From a virus (taxonomy: Duplodnaviria > Heunggongvirae > Uroviricota > Caudoviricetes), in IMG/VR virus record IMGVR_UViG_3300029581_000002: a stretch of DNA of 39,822 nucleotides; one strand, given 5' to 3'. Positions 17,819 through 26,691 of the stretch are shown piece by piece; the first letter of the stretch is position 1; the number at the start of each line of letters is the position of its first letter. A model generated the notes under the pieces. The model saw nothing but the letters and a program-made list of their open reading frames with translations, ran no database searches and had not been told where the DNA came from. The position numbers and the translations under genes were made by a program.

Positions 17819-19957
17819 TTAATGTACCCAATGGTCTTCAATTGATATATCAGCACCTAAATGAGCACGTACACAAAATGGTTCGCCTCCACTTTCCATA
17901 CATTTAACTAGTACATTACCTACTTCTTCAGCAATATCATCCGGTGCTTCAACATTATGTTCATCATGTACGGGAACACAATATTTAACTATAAATAGCA
18001 GATTGTTCTTCCTTAGCCAATTGAAGAACTTAATTGCAGACAACTTGAAACACATAGAACCAGCATGTTGTATCGGATAGTTAATAGATTGCTTCATGGA
18101 ATCAGATAACCTTCTTCTCAAATGCTGTGAGCTTGTTTTATAATAATTGTCCCCACTACGCCCTAGCATATACTTAGCTTCAGGAGACCCAAGTTCACCG
18201 TCGATTTTACACAGATTGTCCCAGTCATATATAAATGCCTTATGCTTAGTAATAGGATTAAGAAGGATATATCCCTTATCAAGGACATCTTCTCTCCTAA
18301 ACTCCTGATATCTCTTTAGTCCAGAGAAACCAGACATATAGTTATTATATACTTCTTGAGCTCTTGCCTTAGTAAGACCATAATTCTTCATTAAAGTGTT
18401 CCAATCTCCACCATAATTAAAACAAAATTCATACCCTTTAGCAGCATCTCTAAGAGGTTTATATTTAGCTTTAACTTCAGATAGTGGAGTGTCATCGGGG
18501 ATGTCTGTAAATACTATTCTGGCAGTTAGACTGTGTAAGTCACCACTACCATAGATAAGCTCTTCCAACATCGCCTTATCATTGGCAATAGATGCCATTA
18601 AGAAAGACTCCTGTCCTTTATAATCACAACTAATCCATTTATACCCAGTATCAGAAATGAAACACGACCTAGTAAATGGGTCATGCGGCAAATTCATTAA
18701 AGACGGGTTAGTAGCGGATAACCGCCCAGTATCAGCTCCTAATTGAAAATAGTCTGGATGAATCCTACCACTTACTGGATTAATTTTATCTATGAACTTC
18801 TGTCCAAAGGTATCAACTAGAATTTTAGCCTTCTTATATTCTACATAAAGAGGAACTATACTACACTTATGTGCTTGTGGCTTTATCAACTTAATATCAG
18901 CAGATTTCTTCTTCTGCTTAGTTTTAGCATCAATGGTAGTACAATTAAGTCCCAACATTTCAAATAGTGGAACTACTTGTTGACTACTAGACCAGTTAAT
19001 GTTACACTTAGCTGAAGCATCAAATCCACTGAACAAATCGCCTTGTAGATTCTTGGTAACATATGGGAAAGGTTTGTCATATTCATAATGAATTAGCCCA
19101 GTTTGTGGATTACAAACCCTCTTTATTTGTCCCATATGAGGGCCTACTTTGTCAAATAGTTGATTCTCATGCATAATGTCCACTTCCTCTGTGCAGGCTT
19201 TAATATAGCCTTCAGAAGATTTATGTTCATTATAATAATTTTCAACCCACTCGTTAAGCTTAGCTTCTGCTTTATTAACTTCCTCCTTATCTCGAATCAT
19301 TTTCTGCTTCCATTTTACTGGGTCAAGTTTAGCTCCACAATATTCCATATAGGCAATTACTGGGGTAAACTTCATTTCAAATTCGGCAGCTTTAGTTAAT
19401 TCCTTCTTCTCTAATTCTGCATCTTGCTTCTCTTTAATCTTAGTAAGATACATAACATCACCAGCAGCATATTGTACCACTGGTATGGTTAATCCTTGAG
19501 TGATAATCTGCCCTCGAACAGTTTTATCAATATCTATACCAAGATAGTTATCAGCTGCTGCTTTTAAAGAAAGACTATGAAACTGGGGAGGATAGCCAAG
19601 ATAGAGTAACTTCTCAGCAATCATTCCATCCCATACATTATAAGGAACTATTTTATGGTGATATAGAAACCTTAAATCAAATGCAATATTCCAACCTAAG
19701 AAAGTCTTAGTAGGGTCTTCAAGGACACATTTAAGCTTCTCAATTGGAATAGTTACATTGTCAACAACTATTTGGTCTTCCCCTAAACCATATTGAGTAC
19801 ACAATAATGGCTTTGTATAGGGGTCTAGACCAGCAGTTTCTGAATCATATTCTACCCAACTATGTGGCATAATCATGTCTATAGCATCAGATAGAGATAA
19901 TTCCTTATAAGCGTCAGTTTCAAATAGTGACCTTTGATTACTGACTAGATATATCAT
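17819..19957 (-). CDS. polA: Family A DNA polymerase with 3'-5' exonuclease
   Basis: Exo DSET, NIAFD, YAAGD; polymerase TGRLS, DYKGQE (motif A), RDAAKGYEFCFNYG (motif B), NYPIQ, VHDE (motif C). Confidence 0.93.
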   Translation of the reverse strand: MIYLVSNQRSLFETDAYKELSLSDAIDMIMPHSWVEYDSETAGLDPYTKPLLCTQYGLGEDQIVVDNVTIPIEKLKCVLEDPTKTFLGWNIAFDLRFLYHHKIVPYNVWDGMIAEKLLYLGYPPQFHSLSLKAAADNYLGIDIDKTVRGQIITQGLTIPVVQYAAGDVMYLTKIKEKQDAELEKKELTKAAEFEMKFTPVIAYMEYCGAKLDPVKWKQKMIRDKEEVNKAEAKLNEWVENYYNEHKSSEGYIKACTEEVDIMHENQLFDKVGPHMGQIKRVCNPQTGLIHYEYDKPFPYVTKNLQGDLFSGFDASAKCNINWSSSQQVVPLFEMLGLNCTTIDAKTKQKKKSADIKLIKPQAHKCSIVPLYVEYKKAKILVDTFGQKFIDKINPVSGRIHPDYFQLGADTGRLSATNPSLMNLPHDPFTRSCFISDTGYKWISCDYKGQESFLMASIANDKAMLEELIYGSGDLHSLTARIVFTDIPDDTPLSEVKAKYKPLRDAAKGYEFCFNYGGDWNTLMKNYGLTKARAQEVYNNYMSGFSGLKRYQEFRREDVLDKGYILLNPITKHKAFIYDWDNLCKIDGELGSPEAKYMLGRSGDNYYKTSSQHLRRRLSDSMKQSINYPIQHAGSMCFKLSAIKFFNWLRKNNLLFIVKYCVPVHDEHNVEAPDDIAEEVGNVLVKCMESGGEPFCVRAHLGADISIEDHWVH

Positions 19958-20178
19958 GAAACCTCAATATCAACAGTACTAATATCAACATCTCCTAAGC
20001 TACTAAGTGCGGCTTGTATTCTGCTCTTAATAGCTTCTATGGCTTCATCTATATCCAAATGTCCGTAATATTCATACCATGCTAATCCCTTAGCATTTAT
20101 GTCAACTTTGAAGACTTTCTCTTCCACATTATAAGGAGCAAATGGGTCACGTTCTGCTCCAGCTGGTAAATTACTCAT
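19954..20178 (-). CDS. Hypothetical protein (LPAGAERDPFAPYN N-terminus)
   Basis: 74-aa ORF, ATGA-coupled to polA. Confidence 0.7.
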   Translation of the reverse strand: MSNLPAGAERDPFAPYNVEEKVFKVDINAKGLAWYEYYGHLDIDEAIEAIKSRIQAALSSLGDVDISTVDIEVS

Positions 20179-20238
20179 TAATTAATAGCTGTTAGAATTA
20201 ATAATAAGTAATCTGTCCACAGACCTCGTCACCGAGTC

Positions 20239-20862
20239 TTAATCAGCTGTATCGAAATACAGCAATGTTGGGTTATCTTTCTGTATATCTATAGAATCCA
20301 GATTCCTAATAGCTAACTGTTGAGCGAACTGATTAGTATCGAACCCTATCGTTATAAGATGATAACCATGTGCAGTTGGAATTACATGTTTAACTTTGAT
20401 GTCTTGTGCACCTCTACAACTATTAACAATTTCTATGATTGTGTTAAGATAGTTCTCGTCCTTACTATCAACATCCACAACCCATAGTGGCTTGTAGCCT
20501 CTAGCTCTAGTATGCCCACAAGATGAATCCCAAATGCGATATCCTTGATAGCAGTTGCCTTCTTGGATTAGTTTGGCATACTCTTGTATAGCAGTACATG
20601 CCACTTCTTCAGCATTACGTCTATTCAAGGTAATGTATGCTCTTGCATGATTACTCTGGCACAATTCAGTAATTTTAGCTCTTTTGCGCTCTAGCTGTTC
20701 CCTACTGAATATATAGTAAGTTTTAACGGTCCTATATCCGTTATTACCAGTATCAGTAACACAGCCGTCTTTCTTGCGTTGTATAATTTGCAAGAAATAG
20801 AACTCATCTGAATTATTAAATTCCAGAATGTCTAGTATTTGGTCAAAATTATCTATTACCAT
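20239..20862 (-). CDS. Putative archaeo-eukaryotic primase (AEP)-superfamily protein
   Basis: hhhDhD (WVVDVD) and TxxGxHh (TAHGYHLI) motifs. Confidence 0.5.
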   Translation of the reverse strand: MVIDNFDQILDILEFNNSDEFYFLQIIQRKKDGCVTDTGNNGYRTVKTYYIFSREQLERKRAKITELCQSNHARAYITLNRRNAEEVACTAIQEYAKLIQEGNCYQGYRIWDSSCGHTRARGYKPLWVVDVDSKDENYLNTIIEIVNSCRGAQDIKVKHVIPTAHGYHLITIGFDTNQFAQQLAIRNLDSIDIQKDNPTLLYFDTAD

Positions 20863-21082
20863 TCTTCTCGTCTTTAATTTCGTAATACCTGTCTATGGTA
20901 ATGAAGAACAGAGCTAAACAGAAACATTCTGCCATTAAAACAGGACATGCAAACAGAGCTACAAGCCCAACTATCATTCCTATTAACATCCAAGGTGCTG
21001 CCATAGCAAGCAAATTGCGTACAGTAGAATCATCGAAATTACTTCTTAGCCATTTGTTCATATCGCTTATCCCTTTCTTCAA
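20849..21082 (-). CDS. Small membrane protein
   Basis: Two hydrophobic segments. Confidence 0.6.
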   Translation of the reverse strand: MKKGISDMNKWLRSNFDDSTVRNLLAMAAPWMLIGMIVGLVALFACPVLMAECFCLALFFITIDRYYEIKDEKNGNR

Positions 21083-21353
21083 TTACTGATAATGGTGATA
21101 CTCCAGGTTCTAAGGTTTCAATAAGTACAAATCCATTCTCTGGTGTAATCATTGATTCCTTCTCACTTACACTGCCCTTATACTTCTCACCATAATCTCC
21201 CTCTACCTTCTTAGTAGCGGGATTGATATCTCCCCAATCTGAATGTCCTCCAATTGGTTCAACATAGTATTTCCTACCAGTCACTAATGATTGATATATA
21301 AACCTACCAGTGTCATCAGTGTTCTTTAGAAATCGTTTCTCTAAATCAGTCAT
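21039..21353 (-). CDS. Hypothetical protein
   Basis: 104 aa; TGRKYYVEPIG..WGDINPATKK..YG.KYKGS..ITPENGF. Confidence 0.75.
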   Translation of the reverse strand: MTDLEKRFLKNTDDTGRFIYQSLVTGRKYYVEPIGGHSDWGDINPATKKVEGDYGEKYKGSVSEKESMITPENGFVLIETLEPGVSPLSVIEERDKRYEQMAKK

Positions 21354-21522
21354 TTGGAACTACATCTAAATCTGTCAAATAAAATGCATTGTCGTTTAAA
21401 TCTCTTTGTACGAAGTATCCGTTAACTTCGACAGTTTCTCCTTTAAGAGTATGTATAGTTACTTCTCTGTCTCGGTCATACCTTTGGAGAATTTCAATCA
21501 GTTGTCCTACAAGTATTGCCAT
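21346..21522 (-). CDS. Hypothetical 58-aa protein missed by the ORF track (MAILVGQLIEILQRYDRD...VVPND)
   Basis: Translated by hand; TAATG coupling to the pnk stop; fills the gap exactly. Confidence 0.7.
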   Translation of the reverse strand: MAILVGQLIEILQRYDRDREVTIHTLKGETVEVNGYFVQRDLNDNAFYLTDLDVVPND

Positions 21523-22475
21523 TAGAACTTACCCTCATTCGGTTGTAGACAAATCAAGCCTTCATTTCTCCACATCTCCACACACTTACAATTGTCTTCA
21601 AGTACGAAAGGTATATAGAACTTGCCTTTGATATTGTCCTCATACAGTTTCTTCTTACATATAGGACCAGCAGTAAAGCTCTTAGCAGGACGCATGAGAA
21701 GTATGTCAGGATGCAACCAATTGTTCTCTAACCACTGTTCCGTAGCTTTACGAACTTCAGGAGTATCCTCTCTACCAGTTAGAATTATTAACTTAGCAGG
21801 ATAATTATCACAGAAGTTTCTAATAAGCTCAATGACAGGAGTAATAGGCTCATCAGTAAGCATACCTTCAGCTGCACCTTCTCCGTAGAAGGGACGGCCA
21901 CTAGTATTCAAACATACAGTTGCATCCATATCTACAATGATTGCTGCTGGTAGGTTAGTATCTTGAACTAATGACTTAGCTTTGGCTGCCATAATTTCTT
22001 CATGGATTATGAAGTCCTTATAACGTCTCCAAGTTTGCCTAATAACCTTCTCTCCAATAGGATTAGGTCTCATAGCATCGCGGCGAATACATTCTTCAAC
22101 AGGAGTCCAAAAGTCCTTATACTCTATATCAACATGTATTCCCTTGTCCTTCTCTATATTGGCACATAGAGTTCTAATCCATTCATCCTCTTTGGGATTC
22201 AGATTCATATTATCAACTACTACATCGTAACCTTTAATCAAAGCAAACGTTATCATATTAGCTTTAGCTTCAGTAACTAGCTTCTCCCTATTAGGAACCC
22301 AGTAATCACCTAACATGTTACGAATATCATCATTGTTAAATCTTACTCTGTGCTCCGGGTCTTCGTGACACCATTGTTTAGCCCAAGTAGATTTTCCCGA
22401 CCCCTGTCACTGGAGCCCTCTGCATATAATTAGCTTTCGCTGGCAGAGGGCTCCTTTATCATTAGTTTGTTCCAT
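21522..22475 (-). CDS. pnk: Polynucleotide 5'-kinase/3'-phosphatase (T4 PseT-like), interrupted by in-frame TGA at 22407-22409
   Basis: From ATG 22475: MEQTNDKGALCQRKLIICRGLQ*QGSGKSTWAK...FNNDDIR then in frame with the tracked ORF (VVDNMN, CIRRD..R; HAD DMDAT, LTGR, EDN). Confidence 0.85.
22412..22454 (-). repeat. Perfect 12-bp inverted repeat/hairpin with inner GAAA tetraloop, abutting the CAG-TGA-CAG site in pnk
   Basis: Minus strand GGAGCCCTCTGC-C-AGC GAAA GCT-AATTATAT-GCAGAGGGCTCC. Confidence 0.85.
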
Positions 22476-22615
22476 TTACGTTTCAAATGAAATAAGTTAT
22501 TGTTAGTTATTACATCTTGTAACAACTGTAACATCTCTCTTCTACATATTCTAATAGTTATAGTTGTAGAATCCTTCCTATTAGATATATGTTCTGGAAT
22601 ATCAAGTGTTTCCAT
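22430..22615 (-). CDS. Hypothetical 61-aa protein whose stop lies inside the pnk hairpin
   Basis: TAATG-coupled to the upstream gene; overlaps the pnk start by 46 nt. Confidence 0.55.
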   Translation of the reverse strand: METLDIPEHISNRKDSTTITIRICRREMLQLLQDVITNNNLFHLKRKWNKLMIKEPSASES

Positions 22616-23013
22616 TAATCAATATTACATAAGACATCACTGAATCCACTATAATCTAAATCAGTTAAAACGTCCCGTATGAACGATATATAATCTCTTG
22701 TGCTTTGTAAATCTCGTATATACTCTTTAGTGGATATTATCTCCTCTATAGATTCAGGATTACCATAACAGAATTTCTCGTATTCTGTACGTCTAGTTTC
22801 TGCTTTAGTAATGTCAGCATCAATGTCTTGAATTACTGATTCAACATCACTAATAGTGAGTTTAGTATACTTCTCCTCATTACCAGCATATGCTATATTG
22901 AGATTGTCAGAGAATCTCTGATATACCTCATTAGACCTACTAAATGATTGAAGTAGTAACTTCTCCTCCGGATGTGCCCTAGGCACTAAGTAAAATGATA
23001 AATAACTGCTCAT
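22615..23013 (-). CDS. Hypothetical protein
   Basis: 132-aa ORF. Confidence 0.7.
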   Translation of the reverse strand: MSSYLSFYLVPRAHPEEKLLLQSFSRSNEVYQRFSDNLNIAYAGNEEKYTKLTISDVESVIQDIDADITKAETRRTEYEKFCYGNPESIEEIISTKEYIRDLQSTRDYISFIRDVLTDLDYSGFSDVLCNID

Positions 23014-23309
23014 TCTAAATAATAATCATAAAGCGTTATAACTTTGAATTGAAAATCTATTACAATGCTGTCGAGCATCTCGAACCTGTACTCATCATTC
23101 GAGAGTTGACGATATCCTATGGATAATTCTTCTATTAAGGATTGAAGCTCCTCTAAAGAGTCGACTTCAATATAGACTCTAGGTAGTAAATCATTTTTAT
23201 TATCCTCCATTCTACTCGCATGAACAGATACTAAGTCTAACCACTCTTTGGCTTTATCGTCGTTCTTATTCATAAGCCCATAATAAACAGATGCAAGTCT
23301 AAATTCCAT
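23010..23309 (-). CDS. Hypothetical protein
   Basis: 99-aa ORF ending ITLYDYYLE. Confidence 0.7.
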   Translation of the reverse strand: MEFRLASVYYGLMNKNDDKAKEWLDLVSVHASRMEDNKNDLLPRVYIEVDSLEELQSLIEELSIGYRQLSNDEYRFEMLDSIVIDFQFKVITLYDYYLE

Positions 23310-24085
23310 TATTTCTCGTTAGTTGGCTTAAGCCATAGATTAGTTTTAGTAAAGATATAATCTCTAAGTCTTGGAAGGTAATCAAGATATGTTAAGGTTC
23401 TAATGGTATTACATCTAAAACACTTAATCAGTTCCTCTCTAATTCTCTCCTCTGACACTACTGGCATTTTAGAATCATAATCATATAACACCATAGCTTG
23501 CCAAGTTGTTTGCTCTATTGTGAATCTCTTAGTAACCGCAAACCTAATGGCTCTAAGTATCCTAAGAGGGTCATCATCGAATGTTGTTACAGGGTCGAGG
23601 GGAGTTCTTATCAAAGCATTCGTTATATCATGCTTACCATAAAAGTAGTCAATGATTTCTCCAGTATCGGGGTCTTTAGCCATAGCATTAACAGTGAAAT
23701 CTCTACGTGATAAATCATCATACAAGTTACCTGGTTCTACTATGGGAGTTCTAGTGCCTGGGACATATCCTACTTCCTTTCTAGCCATTACGAAGTCTGC
23801 CACACCTTGATACTTGTATCCTTCTGGGAACTTAGCACGTATAGTATAGCAATCTGGAGTTACTAAGAAGATTTCAAAGCCTTCTTCCCTCAAATGGCTT
23901 TCTAACATAGTGAAGACTGCATTAGTAGTATTTGGATAGATTCCGTCCACCAAACATTGTGCTTCCTCTATATTACGCAGTAACTCCTCACTGGGCACAG
24001 CAACATAATCAACATCCTTATTGGTAAGACCTAGGAGTTCATCTCTAATCTTACCGCCTACTTCATAAAATTTAAAATCTTCCAT
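23309..24085 (-). CDS. cca: tRNA nucleotidyltransferase (CCA-adding enzyme, class II), compact form
   Basis: VGGKIRDELLG..DVDY, ARKE..Y...TRTP, DLSRRDFTVNAMA, DDPLRILRAIRF, SEERIREEL. Confidence 0.85.
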   Translation of the reverse strand: MEDFKFYEVGGKIRDELLGLTNKDVDYVAVPSEELLRNIEEAQCLVDGIYPNTTNAVFTMLESHLREEGFEIFLVTPDCYTIRAKFPEGYKYQGVADFVMARKEVGYVPGTRTPIVEPGNLYDDLSRRDFTVNAMAKDPDTGEIIDYFYGKHDITNALIRTPLDPVTTFDDDPLRILRAIRFAVTKRFTIEQTTWQAMVLYDYDSKMPVVSEERIREELIKCFRCNTIRTLTYLDYLPRLRDYIFTKTNLWLKPTNEK

Positions 24086-24345
24086 TAATAAAAATAATCT
24101 GATTCAACTTTCTGAATAATCTTCTCTCTGCTTCCTTTTAGACTATAGCCACTACGTTCGTTGCTACGTTCGTAACAACTAAAGTATTCTAAAACTTCAT
24201 GTACTAAAAGATTAAAACTATGATTCTCGAAGTGATGCCCATCCACATCAATAGACCAACCACATCCATCTAACCACCTATACACATTTAGATGCTTACC
24301 ATTAACATGGTTTGGAAGGTTTGCTAATAGTGACAGATTATCCAT
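24085..24345 (-). CDS. Hypothetical protein
   Basis: 86-aa ORF, TAATG-coupled. Confidence 0.65.
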   Translation of the reverse strand: MDNLSLLANLPNHVNGKHLNVYRWLDGCGWSIDVDGHHFENHSFNLLVHEVLEYFSCYERSNERSGYSLKGSREKIIQKVESDYFY

Positions 24346-24364
24346 TCTCTAATATTATAACAAT

Positions 24365-24757
24365 TTACCAGTCATACACACAACCGATTACTTGCTTCTC
24401 TTTAACGAACTCATATAGTTCATTAATAGCTTCATCCCACGTTAAGTCAGGAAATTGGGTATACTGTGATACATTACCATCTTCATCCTTGAAATCGGCT
24501 ATGTCTAAGTAGTTCATATACTTGATTGTTGAATATCTGTCAAAGTAATCATAGCTTTCCAGGAAAGCAGGAAGTTCTATCCAAGGAGCTACTGGTAATA
24601 AATCATAGACAGTCAGCAGGTCAAGAGCTACCTCCTTAGAGATAGCTCCTTCATCTGCCTTCTTAAATATTTCTTTAGCGAACTCAGCCTTGAACTGGTT
24701 CAATTTCTCCTTCATCGACTCTAGAGTCCGAATTTCTTTGTCTAAGTCTTCCATCAT
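24365..24757 (-). CDS. Hypothetical protein
   Basis: 130-aa ORF. Confidence 0.7.
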   Translation of the reverse strand: MMEDLDKEIRTLESMKEKLNQFKAEFAKEIFKKADEGAISKEVALDLLTVYDLLPVAPWIELPAFLESYDYFDRYSTIKYMNYLDIADFKDEDGNVSQYTQFPDLTWDEAINELYEFVKEKQVIGCVYDW

Positions 24758-25058
24758 ATATTAATATGAGTTTATCAAATTCTTCATCTGTTCCTTCATA
24801 AGGAGTAATTTTATAGTTGTAGTAATCTTCCCACTCGATACTATCAACTACCTGTCTTATAGCTTCTTCAGTCATGTTATGATATTCATAACCTTCTGTA
24901 GTAACTATAAACGAATCTGGAACTATACCAACTGCAATTTCGAAAGCGTATGCATCAGCTGCATTGTTCATGTCTTCATCGAACAAGCTCTCTGCGTATG
25001 CAGCATATCCACTATATGTTTCGAAATCATTAATGCAAGTTATAATATACCTGTTCAT
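24684..25058 (-). CDS. Hypothetical acidic protein
   Basis: 124-aa ORF, ATGA-coupled to the RNA ligase. Confidence 0.65.
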   Translation of the reverse strand: MNRYIITCINDFETYSGYAAYAESLFDEDMNNAADAYAFEIAVGIVPDSFIVTTEGYEYHNMTEEAIRQVVDSIEWEDYYNYKITPYEGTDEEFDKLILIYDGRLRQRNSDSRVDEGEIEPVQG

Positions 25059-26443
25059 TGGTCAGATTCTATATCAACTTCACCTTTATCTAATGCTTTA
25101 GATTCTGCAAATAAGAATCTATTACATTTTAACTTATATGCCCCAGACAGACCGTCTTCTATACGAATTACTATACCTTCATGTGGCACATCATTGTGAC
25201 ACTCCGGAGATAGTTCTTCCATGAAGAAATTCTTGTCCTCGGCTAATCTTTGTATGAAATTCTCATTCCAGTGTTCAGATACAGATATATCCGGATATAA
25301 ATCCTTCGCATGTCCATAATACAGTTCTGTTACCGGAGTGAGGCCCTTATCTTTACACCATTGTTGCACTTGTCTAGCACTAAATTCATACACTATTCCG
25401 TCAGGATTAGTATAAGTAATACGGTACACTCTGATACCAAAATGCACATTATACTTATATGGAGTAGTTTGAGTAGTAGGGTCCCATATCGGCATATCGT
25501 AACCATAATCATAAGCTTTACCTCCCATTGACTGAATTGCTCCTCCAGTAGGAAGCCAGCCTATAATTTCATAATAAAGAGTTAATCCTTTAGTTAAAAA
25601 TGGCTGTAATACTTTATGAGCTTCTCCCCACACATCACAGCCATAGTAACCCTCACTAACTTCCTTATTATAATATTGGTTCTTTACAACCTTTCTAGAG
25701 GACCACAGATAGTCGTATGCAGTGTCAGGTACATAGGTAAGCCAACCAGCTACCTTGTCTTTCCACTTCAATTGCCTTTTGCATAACACATCTGCTGATA
25801 TTCCAGACGTGCCATGAACTTTACTAGTAATACTAATAATGTCGTTTGGCTTAATTATCCATGGACACTTCTTAATAAGAATAGTATCGTAGTGGAATCT
25901 AAACTGATTGTCAACTAACTTGCTCAACCCTTTAGGCTGTTTACCAGTTCTAGTTTTATTGCTGGAGCCAGAAGTTCTATTCTTTAATACGTACTTCTTA
26001 CAAATAAACAGGTTTCCTACCCTATCAAATTCAGTGCCGGCATCTATTCCAGTTACAGCTTCGGTATGTCCAAGAGAGCTTATCCATTTAGTAATGGACT
26101 CTATAGACATAATAAATCCTTCTGAAACATGGCCCTGCAACTTAATAATCTTCACTCTTCCGTTATCTTCGAAATACCCAGGTGCTGCTTCCTTGTCAGC
26201 ATTCAGCTCAATATGTCTGAACTGGTTATTAGCTGACAAGAAAGAATAGTCAATAGCACATCCTATAGGGAAATACACATACATTCCAGGTTCTGTATCT
26301 TTACTAACCGAAATAGTATATCCGTCTATATGAGCACATTTAAGACGCTCGCACTTAGGGTTTGGGTGTGGTGTAAAATCGTGGATTTCCACAATCTTAG
26401 CACAATAGTTAATATTGATTTTAGGTGATTGATTTAATTGCAT
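25055..26443 (-). CDS. RNA ligase (Rnl2/DRB0094-like) with N-terminal tRNA-binding-like OB domain
   Basis: Motif I KVHGTS, YYEIIG, HEGIVIR, YKLK; N-terminal HPN..CERL...VYFP...IKLQGHVSEGF. Confidence 0.82.
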   Translation of the reverse strand: MQLNQSPKININYCAKIVEIHDFTPHPNPKCERLKCAHIDGYTISVSKDTEPGMYVYFPIGCAIDYSFLSANNQFRHIELNADKEAAPGYFEDNGRVKIIKLQGHVSEGFIMSIESITKWISSLGHTEAVTGIDAGTEFDRVGNLFICKKYVLKNRTSGSSNKTRTGKQPKGLSKLVDNQFRFHYDTILIKKCPWIIKPNDIISITSKVHGTSGISADVLCKRQLKWKDKVAGWLTYVPDTAYDYLWSSRKVVKNQYYNKEVSEGYYGCDVWGEAHKVLQPFLTKGLTLYYEIIGWLPTGGAIQSMGGKAYDYGYDMPIWDPTTQTTPYKYNVHFGIRVYRITYTNPDGIVYEFSARQVQQWCKDKGLTPVTELYYGHAKDLYPDISVSEHWNENFIQRLAEDKNFFMEELSPECHNDVPHEGIVIRIEDGLSGAYKLKCNRFLFAESKALDKGEVDIESDQ

Positions 26444-26470
26444 TCAAAACTAGTCAACAATTGCTTACAG

Positions 26471-26674
26471 CTAATCTTCAGCTAGACTCCAATCTTGACT
26501 TAAAACGGCATCAGGAAACCACTTAGTAACAACGTAGTACTGGTTAGAACCAGATATAGGAAGACAGATGATATTGCCTTCCTTCATTCTGTAACGTCTC
26601 TTACTTAAGTTGATAACTGTCATACCTGCTCTCATCATAGATAGAGCTTCTCCAAAGTCAAATGTCTCGTTCAT
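26471..26674 (-). CDS. Tad2/DUF2829-like small protein, putative signal sponge
   Basis: FDFGEALSMMRAGMTV at the N-terminus and W...AVLSQDW at the C-terminus; lacks the usual RxGWNG segment. Confidence 0.5.
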   Translation of the reverse strand: MNETFDFGEALSMMRAGMTVINLSKRRYRMKEGNIICLPISGSNQYYVVTKWFPDAVLSQDWSLAED

Positions 26675-26691
26675 AATCTTATAAATTAAAA

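Noticed and set aside
22407..22409. Genome-wide TGA->Trp (or TAG->Gln) recoding, as known in some crAss-like phages, or selenocysteine, to explain the pnk stop
   Set aside because: Many genes end at TGA in ATGA overlaps, and the other long genes are intact in code 11. Inserting any residue would also break the Walker A spacing.
22412..22454. Hairpin as intrinsic terminator or invertible DNA switch
   Set aside because: No adequate U-tract follows on the coding strand. The 19-bp interior is very short for an invertible segment, and inversion would not remove the TGA.
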